NCBI GenBank assembly: GCA_963667255.1
Contig: OY762940.1
Span: 192,001 to 256,000, forward strand
Origin: Candidatus Cloacimonadota bacterium
GTDB taxonomy: Bacteria > Cloacimonadota > Cloacimonadia > G963667145
Length of the DNA stretch: 64,000 nt
Direction: 5' to 3'
Shown: in pieces, positions 11,428 through 20,388 of the stretch
Layout of the letters: every line of letters starts with the position of its first letter
How positions within the stretch are numbered: the stretch's first letter is position 1
The notes under the pieces: model-generated
Told to the model about the DNA's origin: nothing
The model's input: only the letters and a program-made list of their open reading frames with translations
Databases searched by the model: none
Translations under genes and position numbers: made by a program

Positions 11428-12053
11428 GATCCAAAAACCTCTATAACTTTCTTCAGCCCACTCTCGGTAATAAGCATATTGTCAGCATTCAGCACCTGAT
11501 AAGCATAAAGAGTATCCGCTCTGTCCGTAGCTACATCGACAATATTGGAAAAAGATTTAATCAAGTTGGCATCACTGCTGTCAAAAATCACCAATTTCTT
11601 TCTGCCATTTCCCAATCCTGCTACAATCTCTTTGGCTTTTTTGGTAGATGGAGCATCAAATTTGATATCCTCAATAACAAGCAAACCCTCTTTTTTTACC
11701 AAATCGCTCAAAGCCAATTTCAAAGCCAATCTCTTTAATTTCTTAGGCACTCTCACAGTCCAATCTTTTGGTTGCGGACCAAAAGCTCTACCACCGCCAC
11801 GCCTTACTGGAGTTTTGCAGTCACCAGGACGAGCATTACCCGTTCCTTTTTGACGGAACAACTTCTTAGTGCTACCCGTCACTGCCGCTCTGTTCTTCAC
11901 GCTGGAGGTGCCTTGTCTTTGGTTGGCAAGATAAGCTTTCACCACCTCGTAAATCACAATATCGGCACCTTCGCACTCCTTGGCGAAAAGTTCATCAGGC
12001 AGAGAAACAACTCCGTTTTCAGAACCGTCCAATTTGTATTTTTTTATTTCCAT
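11424..12053 (-). CDS. rplD: 50S ribosomal protein L4
   Basis: RQGT, RQKGTGNAR, GGGRAFGP. Confidence 0.97.
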   Translation of the reverse strand: MEIKKYKLDGSENGVVSLPDELFAKECEGADIVIYEVVKAYLANQRQGTSSVKNRAAVTGSTKKLFRQKGTGNARPGDCKTPVRRGGGRAFGPQPKDWTVRVPKKLKRLALKLALSDLVKKEGLLVIEDIKFDAPSTKKAKEIVAGLGNGRKKLVIFDSSDANLIKSFSNIVDVATDRADTLYAYQVLNADNMLITESGLKKVIEVFGS

Positions 12054-12069
12054 TATACTTAAAGTTCTC

Positions 12070-12684
12070 CTATCCTAACTTCTTCAGCAAGACAACACTG
12101 TTTCTGTGACCGGGAACTGCACCTCTGATGAAAATCAAATTTCTCTCTTTATCAATTTTCACAATCTCAAGATTCTTCGCAGTAACCCTAGAGTTTCCAT
12201 AATGTCCTGGAAGTTTTTTGCCCTTGAATACACGAGAAGGGGTAGCACACAAACCGATAGAACCAGGACCACGATAACTTTCGTGAACACCGTGAGTAGC
12301 CTTCATTCCGCTAAAGTTGTGTCTCTTCATCACACCGGTAAAGCCTCTACCCTTGCTGGTGCCAATCACATTTACAATCTCGTTGACATTGAATAAATCC
12401 ACAGACAATTCTTCCAAGCCTTCCAATTCAGCATCGGAACCAACAGAAAACTCTCTCAACACCTTGTAACAATCATCTTTGAAATGACCTTGCAAAGCTT
12501 TAGAGACATTTTTTGTAGATTTTTGCTCGAAACCGACTTGCACCGCAGAATAACCGTCAACAGCTTTGGTCTTCTTTTGCACGACCTTGCACGGACCGGC
12601 TTGCACCACAGTAACGGGAATTACTCTTGCATCTTCGTCAAAAATCTGACTCATGCCGATTTTCTTTCCAACTATTCCTAACAT
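12070..12684 (-). CDS. rplC: 50S ribosomal protein L3
   Basis: GKKIGMSQ, DGYSAVQ, SKGRGFTG.MKRH. Confidence 0.97.
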   Translation of the reverse strand: MLGIVGKKIGMSQIFDEDARVIPVTVVQAGPCKVVQKKTKAVDGYSAVQVGFEQKSTKNVSKALQGHFKDDCYKVLREFSVGSDAELEGLEELSVDLFNVNEIVNVIGTSKGRGFTGVMKRHNFSGMKATHGVHESYRGPGSIGLCATPSRVFKGKKLPGHYGNSRVTAKNLEIVKIDKERNLIFIRGAVPGHRNSVVLLKKLG

Positions 12685-12696
12685 TTTGCCAACCCC

Positions 12697-13005
12697 CTAA
12701 GCCTTAACCTCTACATGTACACCTGAAGGCAAGCTGATTTTTTTCAACGCATTCGTAGTGTTGGAAGTAGGATTTTCTATATCAATTATTCTTTTGTGAA
12801 TAAGCATCTGAAATTGCTCTTGCGATTTCTTATTCACATGAGGCGAACGAAGCACAGTATATACGGTCTTTTCGGTAGGCAGAGGAACAGGACCAACAAC
12901 TTTGGCTCCCGTGCTCTTTACGCTGTTAACCAACTCACCAACCGAAGCGTCCAATAGTCTGTGGTCATAAGCCTTCATTTTTATTCTAATTTTATTAGTT
13001 TTCAT
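12697..13005 (-). CDS. rpsJ: 30S ribosomal protein S10
   Basis: [19 protein letters not shown]. Confidence 0.98.
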   Translation of the reverse strand: MKTNKIRIKMKAYDHRLLDASVGELVNSVKSTGAKVVGPVPLPTEKTVYTVLRSPHVNKKSQEQFQMLIHKRIIDIENPTSNTTNALKKISLPSGVHVEVKA

Positions 13006-13024
13006 TAATGTACCTTAATTTAAA

Positions 13025-14209
13025 TTACTCTTGAATCTCAGCTATTACTCCGGCACCAATAGTTCTACCACCTTCACGGATAGCAAATCTAAGACCTTTG
13101 TCCATAGCGATAGGCACTATCAACTCTCCGTTAATCTTCACATTGTCGCCTGGCATTACCATCTCTACGCCTTCGGGCAAAGTAAGAGTGCCGGTAACAT
13201 CGGTAGTTCTAAAATAGAATTGAGGACGATATCCAGAGAAGAAAGGTTTGTGACGACCACCTTCGTCAGCTTTGAGCACATAAACCTCACCAACGAATTT
13301 TTTGTGCGGAGTGATGCTCTTGGGAGCAGCCAACACCATGCCTCTGTCAATTTCGTCTTTTTTGATACCACGAAGAAGCACGCCAACATTGTCGCCAGCT
13401 TCAGCACTATCCAAGATTTTGCGGAACATCTCCACACCTGTGCAGACAACTTCGATGGTGTCTTTGATACCGACTCTTTCCAACTTGTCGTTAATCTTGA
13501 GAGTGCCAGTCTCTACACGACCTGTGGCAACTGTGCCACGACCGGAGATAGAGAACACATCCTCAACAGGCAACAAGAAAGGCTTGTCCAAATCGTGGAT
13601 AGGGTCAGGAATATAAGAATCGAGTGTATCAACCAATTTTTCGATAGCAGCAATACCTTCAGGGTCATCTTCAAGAGCCTTAAGAGCAGAGCCTTGAATG
13701 AAAGGAATGTCATCGCCAGGGAATTTGTAAGAGGTCAAAAGCTCTCTAACTTCCATCTCCACGAGTTCCAACAATTCAGCATCGTCCACAAGGTCACATT
13801 TATTAAGGAACACAACCATTGCAGGCACACCAACTTGGTAAGCCAAAAGAATGTGCTCACGAGTTTGAGGCATTGGACCGTCAGCAGCAGAAACAACGAG
13901 AATAGCACCGTCCATTTGGGCAGCACCAGTAATCATATTTTTGATGTAGTCGGCGTGACCAGGGCAGTCAACATGAGCATAATGTCTGGCTGTAGACTCA
14001 TACTCCACATGAGCAGTAGAGATAGTAATACCTCTTTCTCTCTCTTCCGGAGCGTTATCGATAGAGCCAAAATCAGTATATTTGGCTTGTCCTTTAGCTG
14101 CAAGCACCTTGGTAATAGCAGCAGTAAGGGTAGTTTTACCATGGTCAACATGACCGATGGTCCCCACATTCACATGGGGTTTCGTTCTGACAAATTTTTC
14201 CTTTGCCAT
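13025..14209 (-). CDS. tuf: Elongation factor Tu
   Basis: [30 protein letters not shown] at 14215-14220. Confidence 0.99.
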   Translation of the reverse strand: MAKEKFVRTKPHVNVGTIGHVDHGKTTLTAAITKVLAAKGQAKYTDFGSIDNAPEERERGITISTAHVEYESTARHYAHVDCPGHADYIKNMITGAAQMDGAILVVSAADGPMPQTREHILLAYQVGVPAMVVFLNKCDLVDDAELLELVEMEVRELLTSYKFPGDDIPFIQGSALKALEDDPEGIAAIEKLVDTLDSYIPDPIHDLDKPFLLPVEDVFSISGRGTVATGRVETGTLKINDKLERVGIKDTIEVVCTGVEMFRKILDSAEAGDNVGVLLRGIKKDEIDRGMVLAAPKSITPHKKFVGEVYVLKADEGGRHKPFFSGYRPQFYFRTTDVTGTLTLPEGVEMVMPGDNVKINGELIVPIAMDKGLRFAIREGGRTIGAGVIAEIQE

Positions 14210-14460
14210 CATTTCCTCCTAAAGATCAAAAGTCCCCTTTATTGTAGGCGATTATCCGCCTCAGGACTTACTTTTTATTTCAACGAAAAGCTAACATTTA
14301 ACAACCAGTTATAGTGTCAACTACTTTTTTGTTCCTGTAAAAACACAAGATAATTTCCTGCCAATTTCCGAAAAAATTTAACTTTTTTGTTTGCTCAAAA
14401 TTTTGTATGCAAAAATTTGGAAGAGATTGTTAATTTTCTATGAAAAAACTGGAGGACGCA

Positions 14461-15237
14461 ATGCCAAACATTATGCAAAACAAAAAAGGTATCGTGCTGG
14501 GAGTGGCGAACAACAAAAGCATCGCTTGGCAGATAGCCAAAAAGCTGAAAGAAGAGGGTGCCACAATCGGCTATACATATCAAGATGAGGTATCCAGCAA
14601 AAAGGCTTTGTCCTTGTTTGAACAAAACGAGGTTGCTTTTGCCTGCAAACTCGATGTTTGCGATGAAAAAGATTTTGCGAAACTGAACGAAAATATAGAA
14701 GAGCATTTCGAGGGGAAATTGGATTTTGTGGTTCACTCCATCGCTGGTGGTCCGGCTCTTGAAGATTTGCAAGGAGATTTTTACGATGTTTCCCGCGAAA
14801 ACTTTTTGAAGACGATGGAAATCAGTGCGTTCTCGTTCGTGGCTATCATGAAGAGTGTCGCTCCGTATATGAAGGCTGCTGGCAACAGCTCGGCGATTTG
14901 CATGAGCTATCTCGGTGCACAGCGGGCTATCCCCAACTATAATGTGATGGGTGTCGCCAAAGCCACTCTGGAAGCGTGTGCTCGCTATATGGCAAGCGAC
15001 TTGGGCAAAGATGGCATCCGCGTGAATGTCGTTTCGCCTGGACCCGTGCTCACTCGTGCCGCCTCTGCCATAGGTGGTTTCCGCCAAATGCTAAAGGAGT
15101 GTGCAGAACTTACTCCTCTGAGGAAGTTGACCGATACGGAAGATGTCGCCTCGGCTGCCCTCTATCTGCTCTCGGATTTGTCGGCAGGGACGACCGGACA
15201 GACGCTCTATGTTGATGGTGGGTATAATATTAAGTAA
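14461..15237 (+). CDS. fabI: Enoyl-ACP reductase FabI
   Basis: GVANNKSIAW, YNVMGVAKA.LE, GIRVN..S.GP; GGAGG RBS before ATG 14461. Confidence 0.93.
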   Translation: MPNIMQNKKGIVLGVANNKSIAWQIAKKLKEEGATIGYTYQDEVSSKKALSLFEQNEVAFACKLDVCDEKDFAKLNENIEEHFEGKLDFVVHSIAGGPALEDLQGDFYDVSRENFLKTMEISAFSFVAIMKSVAPYMKAAGNSSAICMSYLGAQRAIPNYNVMGVAKATLEACARYMASDLGKDGIRVNVVSPGPVLTRAASAIGGFRQMLKECAELTPLRKLTDTEDVASAALYLLSDLSAGTTGQTLYVDGGYNIK

Positions 15238-15338
15238 TGTTTGTTCACTTTTCTTTTCACTGGAAAAGAAAACTCTCTATTATCATAAAATCGCTAAAAA
15301 TAGAGTCATGAGCTGTAGTTTGGCTAAGTGATGACAAA

Positions 15339-15457
15339 CAACTGATAGTATCTCAACCTCTCTCAAACTGGGTTCCCGCGTTCGCGGGAACGAGACAAGA
15401 AGAGCAAGAAACCCAAACACCCCGCACCCTCATTCCCGTGAAAACGGGTATTCATTC
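15339..15457. repeat. 119-bp element with two inverted REP-type palindromes, copy 1 (copy 2 at 23403-23521)
   Basis: Near-identical to 23403-23521; contains GTTCCCGCGTTCGCGGGAAC and CTCATTCCCGTGAAAACGGGTA. Confidence 0.85.
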
Positions 15458-15517
15458 AGCCCTCGGACTACAGTTTTTTCTGTCTTTTTTCTTTCTTATT
15501 CGTTCTTTTACAGGGGG

Positions 15518-15557
15518 TCTCTACCTTTTCTTTGACCGTTCAAAGAAAAGGTAGAGA
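15518..15557. repeat. Perfect 18-bp inverted repeat hairpin
   Basis: TCTCTACCTTTTCTTTGA-CCGT-TCAAAGAAAAGGTAGAGA. Confidence 0.8.
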
Positions 15558-15572
15558 AGAAGGAAAACCGCT

Positions 15573-15621
15573 CTGACCACTAAAATGCAGTCTCTAAGAT
15601 TAGCTTTATTTTAGTGGTCAG
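15573..15621. repeat. Long hairpin, GACCAC family (related copies inside 19005-19075 and 20084-20154)
   Basis: CTGACCACTAAAAT-21 nt loop-ATTTTAGTGGTCAG; loop similar to the island copies. Confidence 0.8.
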
Positions 15622-15824
15622 ATTAGCGTTCAGAGTTTAGCCACCCAAGCACAAAAGCAAGAAGCATAACTATAAAGAATTGTGCTTGACCTGCCTATTC
15701 TTGATGGGACATCAGCAAGGTAACTAAGCAGTTGCTTTGACACTTTCGTGTTTCAAAGCTTTTTGAATAAAAAAAAGATTGAGATATGGAAACCCATAGC
15801 CCAATCTTTTCAGCAGTTACTGAA

Positions 15825-16346
15825 CTACTCTTTAGTCCACTTACCAGCTAATTTTCCAGAACACAAACCAAATAATCCACCGACAGCTATAGATACAGAA
15901 ATTATAATTAGTGGATTATCCAATCTTCCGCCGAGCATAACTTCGTTGCTCAATTTACCTGGTGTTTGCAAAAGGTAAGCAAAAGTACTTGCATAACCGA
16001 AAAAAGAAGCAGGTATTGTTGCGAGTGATGGGACATTGGCAGCCCAAACTACTATTGCAACTGAAATACCCACCGCGATAGCTCCCCAAAGCGGTAGACC
16101 AAGAGAAGCAGCTAAGGGAACATTGATAATGATAACCGCTGTGAGCCAAGCCATAATTACACCAAAGATTCCACAAACAATAACATTTTTCAATGTTTCA
16201 CTAGTGCCGCCAAGAGCAAAAAATGCCCCCCAGGCAATAAAAATTGCCCAGATTAACAGAACACTACTGAGTGGTCCTAAAGCCAAAAAAGTAGCAACAC
16301 CACCCAAAAGACCAATGCTCAAACCAAGAGCCGTGAGACTTTTCAT
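15825..16346 (-). CDS. Integral membrane protein, DUF1097-like
   Basis: Highly hydrophobic, WAIFIAWGAFFALGG motif; AGGAGG before ATG 16346. Confidence 0.7.
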   Translation of the reverse strand: MKSLTALGLSIGLLGGVATFLALGPLSSVLLIWAIFIAWGAFFALGGTSETLKNVIVCGIFGVIMAWLTAVIIINVPLAASLGLPLWGAIAVGISVAIVVWAANVPSLATIPASFFGYASTFAYLLQTPGKLSNEVMLGGRLDNPLIIISVSIAVGGLFGLCSGKLAGKWTKE

Positions 16347-16481
16347 AATTCCTCCTAGAATTACACCCCCGTAATATCGTGGGTAATAAAAGTTCATTTT
16401 TATGTCAAGGCATTTAATTATTTTATTTAGAATATGTTACCGTGTTCACAAAAAAAAGGCTTAGAACAAGAGAGAGATAAA

Positions 16482-16530
16482 AAAACACTGACGAGTTTAC
16501 TCAGCCAGTGTTCCGCAATTTTTCATTTTT
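16482..16530 (-). terminator. Intrinsic terminator; 49-bp direct repeat of 23581-23629
   Basis: Hairpin plus U-tract on - strand after the 16548 stop; 48/49 identity to 23581-23629. Confidence 0.75.
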
Positions 16531-16547
16531 ATTCTTTATTTTTTAAT

Positions 16548-17156
16548 TCAAATCACCTCATCTATCTGCTTCATCAGTTTATCTGTGTGGTAGAGACTAC
16601 AGATGATTTTTTGGTAGTGCAATATCTCCTCAAATCCCAGTGTGCGACCGACCCTATCCTTGAGCCACTTCTGTGCGGGCTGATAACCACCGATGTAGAA
16701 CTCCCACGCTGTCAATGGCACTCGGTCGAAATACTGCGTGTCGTTTATCCAGACTTTGCCGATGATCTCGTCGTCCTCTTCGGCTACCCAGCCTACACTA
16801 TTGATGGTCATCTTACGCGTGATGAGGTTGTCGCCGCTCTGTGGGTAGGTGGTGATGAGCTCCTCCACGAGTGGACTCTCCAGCAGGTGCAATGCCCGTA
16901 TCTCTCCGCCGAGCTTGACCAACTGCCAAAAGTTCGCCTTGTCTGTGGGGTATGGCACTCGCGGAAAGTCTATCTTGAGAAACTCTTTGTATTTCTCGCG
17001 GTAGCTGGGGCTGTGTAGCACGGCATAGATGTAGTCCAGCAAATCTACGGGGGCGAATGTCCCCTGCTCGCCTGTCTGCTCGGGGACAAACCGCAAACCG
17101 ACGGAGCGGGCTATCGCTTTTACTATTTCGGGGTTAAGGTTGGGAGTGCGTGTCAT
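16548..17156 (-). CDS. C-terminal part of Type IIG/ISP-like R-M enzyme, separated from 20389-22998
   Basis: RTPNLN, DYIYAVLHSPSYREKYKEFLKIDFPRVP, AWEFYIGGYQPAQKWLKDR motifs of the ISP-type C-terminal domain. Confidence 0.8.
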   Translation of the reverse strand: MTRTPNLNPEIVKAIARSVGLRFVPEQTGEQGTFAPVDLLDYIYAVLHSPSYREKYKEFLKIDFPRVPYPTDKANFWQLVKLGGEIRALHLLESPLVEELITTYPQSGDNLITRKMTINSVGWVAEEDDEIIGKVWINDTQYFDRVPLTAWEFYIGGYQPAQKWLKDRVGRTLGFEEILHYQKIICSLYHTDKLMKQIDEVI

Positions 17157-17251
17157 TTTGTTTCTCTTTTTTTAATAATTTTTTCTTTTGATTGTAATTT
17201 CTCTGGTTCTGTATGCATTTCCCTGTTCTCGCTAATTGCTTGCAGAGCTTT

Positions 17252-17776
17252 TTATTGTGTATGCATTTTCCAATAGAAACATTTTATATTCTTACTTAAT
17301 TTTACTGCTTTTTTGTTCCCGTATGCATTCCCAAGCTGGAGCTTGGGAACGAGTGGAATATACTCAATTTTCTCATTAAGCATTTCCTCTGAAATTATCA
17401 ACTTCGGCTTAGTCCCCTCTTCCCAAAATTGATAAGAAGTCTCTCTTTTATGAGCCTTTTTATAAAACTCCAATTGTTGCAAAATAGTTTTCACATTTTT
17501 GGCAATCAAGAAATCGAGTATTTTTTTGGCTGTAAATGACTTAAATTTTTGCAAACTTTTGTTCAAATTATCACTACTCACAATAAGGTGCAAATGATTT
17601 TCCAAAATAACATAACTATAAATTTTCAAATTGTCGCTTTTCTGTAAATGTTGCAGGCTTTCTATGATGATTTGTTTGGTTTCTATTTTTGTGAAAATGG
17701 GTGTCCAGCGTAGCACCGTGCAGGTTACAAAGTGGATTGCTTGTTCATCGAATATTTTATAACGACTTCTACCCAT
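17252..17776 (-). mobile_element. REP-associated tyrosine (Y1/HUH) transposase RAYT, C-terminus replaced by REP-derived sequence; likely inactive
   Basis: MGRSRY..HFVTCT, YVILENHLHLI (HUH), FKSFTA, FWEEG, KIEYI then REP-encoded PLVPKLQLGNAY instead of the usual HxNPV. Confidence 0.85.
17321..17353 (+). repeat. REP palindrome GTATGCATTCCCAAGCTGGAGCTTGGGAACGAG
   Basis: Near-exact copies at 17913-17945, 20228-20260, 23324-23355. Confidence 0.9.
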
Positions 17777-17786
17777 ATTTTTTCCT

Positions 17787-17945
17787 CTCGCTCCCAAGCT
17801 CCAGCTTGGGAGTGTATACTGGCTTCATTGACAGCTGAGTAATTATTGATATGCCTTGTTTATGCTTGGGAAGCAGATGCCCATTCTCATTTTGTGCTTA
17901 ACCCTATTTCCCGTATGCATTCCCAAGCTGGAGCTTGGGAACGAG
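17787..17945. repeat. Inverted REP doublet (REPIN-like) upstream of RAYT
   Basis: Reverse copy 17787-17819 and forward copy 17913-17945. Confidence 0.85.
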
Positions 17946-18012
17946 AGAAATGAAGTCTCAAATGATTAGCCGGATTTATGTGGTCAAAGGAACGAGGGAA
18001 AGCGCATATTTT

Positions 18013-18453
18013 TCACAATCCTAATTGCTTGTTAATTGCCAACAATAATTTCAAAATTACCCCTGATTGAAAGTTAGAAACCAAAACACCATCACAAAAC
18101 CTATCATTTCGGACTATTACTGTAATCAATTTACATTTAGTAGGAATATCAATCGATGTATAATCAAAGCTCTCATTTGCAAAAATTTTTTTACCTTCAT
18201 TCCAAGCAAACCATTTAAAAACAACTATAATATTTAACTCATAAACTAATGATAAAAATTTTTCAACGACAGGAGACAGAGCATAATAAGGCATTATCTC
18301 TTCCCCTTCCTTATCTTTTTGGCAAACCATTTCTCCAAATTTAACTGTTGATTTAATTTCTGGAATCAAATCAAGTAATGGTTGCCAATGTTTCTTGTCA
18401 TAAGAATTTATTATATCAATATAATTGCTTTCATCTAATCTTATAATTTTCAT
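18013..18453 (-). CDS. Hypothetical protein, DUF6508-like (copy 1)
   Basis: ITVIVRNDRFCDGVL..FQSG.ILKLL resembles DUF6508; GGGGGA before ATG 18453. Confidence 0.6.
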   Translation of the reverse strand: MKIIRLDESNYIDIINSYDKKHWQPLLDLIPEIKSTVKFGEMVCQKDKEGEEIMPYYALSPVVEKFLSLVYELNIIVVFKWFAWNEGKKIFANESFDYTSIDIPTKCKLITVIVRNDRFCDGVLVSNFQSGVILKLLLAINKQLGL

Positions 18454-18586
18454 TTTCCCCCCTATATTTAACTTTAATTTGTTCACTACTCAAATCAGCC
18501 TCTCAATCTCAAGCAATTCTTCTCTCAAGCAGTAGCTGTGTCGCATATGCCAACACAGTGTGCCGATTCTCCTTGCACTCTCCCCA

Positions 18587-18613
18587 CTGGATTCCCGCCT
18601 ACGCGGGAATGAG
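18587..18613 (+). repeat. dRS3-like palindrome CTGGATTCCCGCCTACGCGGGAATGAG (also 19666-19692)
   Basis: ATTCCC-N8-GGGAAT pattern. Confidence 0.8.
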
Positions 18614-18641
18614 GGCGTGCGTGTCGTGTCGCTTATGCTTG

Positions 18642-18968
18642 TCACACAAACATCTTCTTCATTATTCTATCAACTTCATCGTTAATTGTATTTTGTTTCA
18701 ACACAGAATATTTGCTTGATTTCCCGCAAGTCATACATTTCAAATATTCGTCATCTTCTGGTATATACTCTTCATAAGGCGTATCAAAATAGGTTGACTG
18801 GCAATAGGGACACTTGATTGATACTTCATAAGATATATTGCCTTTGCCTGTTGCTCTCATTCGCTGTTTGGTCGCTGTGGGTTTTGTAGCGGATTTGTCA
18901 CTACGCCTACGGTTGGACTTGGATATGATGACAAAGACCAAAACCAAAAAAATGATAGCAAGAATCAT
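18642..18968 (-). CDS. Membrane-anchored zinc-ribbon hypothetical protein (copy 1)
   Basis: N-terminal hydrophobic helix, CPYC and CMTC pairs, GGAGG RBS. Confidence 0.7.
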   Translation of the reverse strand: MILAIIFLVLVFVIISKSNRRRSDKSATKPTATKQRMRATGKGNISYEVSIKCPYCQSTYFDTPYEEYIPEDDEYLKCMTCGKSSKYSVLKQNTINDEVDRIMKKMFV

Positions 18969-19004
18969 CTAAAACCTCCAATGCTTAATCTATATTTTAT
19001 TTCC

Positions 19005-19075
19005 GTATGCATTCCCCTGACCACATAAATGAAGTCTCAAATGATTAGCCGGATTTATGTGGTCAAAGGAACGAG
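19005..19075 (+). repeat. Extended REP: REP outer frame around a GACCAC hairpin (second copy 20084-20154)
   Basis: GTATGCATTCCCC-TGACCACATAAAT-loop-ATTTATGTGGTCA-AAGGAACGAG. Confidence 0.8.
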
Positions 19076-19091
19076 GGAAAGCGCATATTTT

Positions 19092-19532
19092 TCACAATCC
19101 TAATTGCTTGTTAATTGCCAACAATAATTTCAAAATTACCCCTGATTGAAAGTTAGAAACCAAAACACCATCACAAAACCTATCATTTCGGACTATTACT
19201 GTAATCAATTTACATTTAGTAGGAATATCAATCGATGTATAATCAAAGCTCTCATTTGCAAAAATTTTTTTACCTTCATTCCAAGCAAACCATTTAAAAA
19301 CAACTATAATATTTAACTCATAAACTAATGATAAAAATTTTTCAACGACAGGAGACAGAGCATAATAAGGCATTATCTCTTCCCCTTCCTTATCTTTTTG
19401 GCAAACCATTTCTCCAAATTTAACTGTTGATTTAATTTCTGGAATCAAATCAAGTAATGGTTGCCAATGTTTCTTGTCATAAGAATTTATTATATCAATA
19501 TAATTGCTTTCATCTAATCTTATAATTTTCAT
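19092..19532 (-). CDS. Hypothetical protein, DUF6508-like (copy 2)
   Basis: Identical translation to copy 1. Confidence 0.6.
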   Translation of the reverse strand: MKIIRLDESNYIDIINSYDKKHWQPLLDLIPEIKSTVKFGEMVCQKDKEGEEIMPYYALSPVVEKFLSLVYELNIIVVFKWFAWNEGKKIFANESFDYTSIDIPTKCKLITVIVRNDRFCDGVLVSNFQSGVILKLLLAINKQLGL

Positions 19533-19720
19533 TTTCCCCCCTATATTTAACTTTAATTTGTTCACTACTCAAATCAGCCTCTCAATCTCAAGCAATTCTT
19601 CTCTCAAGCAGTAGCTGTGTCGCATATGCCAACACAGTGTGCCGATTCTCCTTGCACTCTCCCCACTGGATTCCCGCCTACGCGGGAATGAGGGCGTGCG
19701 TGTCGTGTCGCTTATGCTTG

Positions 19721-20047
19721 TCACACAAACATCTTCTTCATTATTCTATCAACTTCATCGTTAATTGTATTTTGTTTCAACACAGAATATTTGCTTGATT
19801 TCCCGCAAGTCATACATTTCAAATATTCGTCATCTTCTGGTATATACTCTTCATAAGGCGTATCAAAATAGGTTGACTGGCAATAGGGACACTTGATTGA
19901 TACTTCATAAGATATATTGCCTTTGCCTGTTGCTCTCATTCGCTGTTTGGTCGCTGTGCGTCTTACCGCAGATTTGTCACTACGCCTACGGTTGGACTTG
20001 GATATGATGACAAAGACCAAAACCAAAAAAATGATAGCAAGAATCAT
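19721..20047 (-). CDS. Membrane-anchored zinc-ribbon hypothetical protein (copy 2)
   Basis: Same as copy 1 except VRR for TKP. Confidence 0.7.
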   Translation of the reverse strand: MILAIIFLVLVFVIISKSNRRRSDKSAVRRTATKQRMRATGKGNISYEVSIKCPYCQSTYFDTPYEEYIPEDDEYLKCMTCGKSSKYSVLKQNTINDEVDRIMKKMFV

Positions 20048-20227
20048 CTAAAACCTCCAATGCTTAATCTATATTTTATTTCCGTATGCATTCCCCTGAC
20101 CACATAAATGAAGTCTCAAGTGATTAGCCGTATTTACATGGTTAGAGGAGCGAGTGGGGAAAGTTCATCAATTCCAATTACAATACTTTTTAATTCTTCG
20201 GTTTTTACTACTGCTCACTTATTTCCC

Positions 20228-20260
20228 GTATGCATTCCCAAGCTGGAGCTTGGGAACGAG
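20228..20260 (+). repeat. REP palindrome
   Basis: Exact match to 17321-17353. Confidence 0.9.
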
Positions 20261-20388
20261 CAACACTCGCACGATTAGCCGTATTTATGTGGTCTGAGGA
20301 ACGAGTGGCTGGGGTGGAATTATCCATTGCTCTGCCTTGGCAGAGTCAAGCACAAGGCTATTCCATTTCTCCCTGCTTTTGTGCTTGG

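Larger units (their letters stand above)
17948..20105. repeat. Tandem duplication of a 1079-bp unit (17948-19026, 19027-20105)
   Basis: Both ORF pairs offset by exactly 1079; the only differences seen are 6 substitutions at 18880-18891 vs 19959-19970. Confidence 0.95.

Noticed and set aside
13031..14314. 427-aa + strand ORF antisense to tuf, and similar long antisense ORFs (2814-3743, 24096-25670, 28594-29850, 31541-33223, 33247-34503, 53104-54522)
   Set aside because: They mirror well-supported genes on the other strand and have no recognisable motifs; expected shadow of codon bias.
17948..20105. Duplicated unit as a diversity-generating retroelement TR/VR pair
   Set aside because: No reverse transcriptase in the window and the six differences are not confined to adenines.
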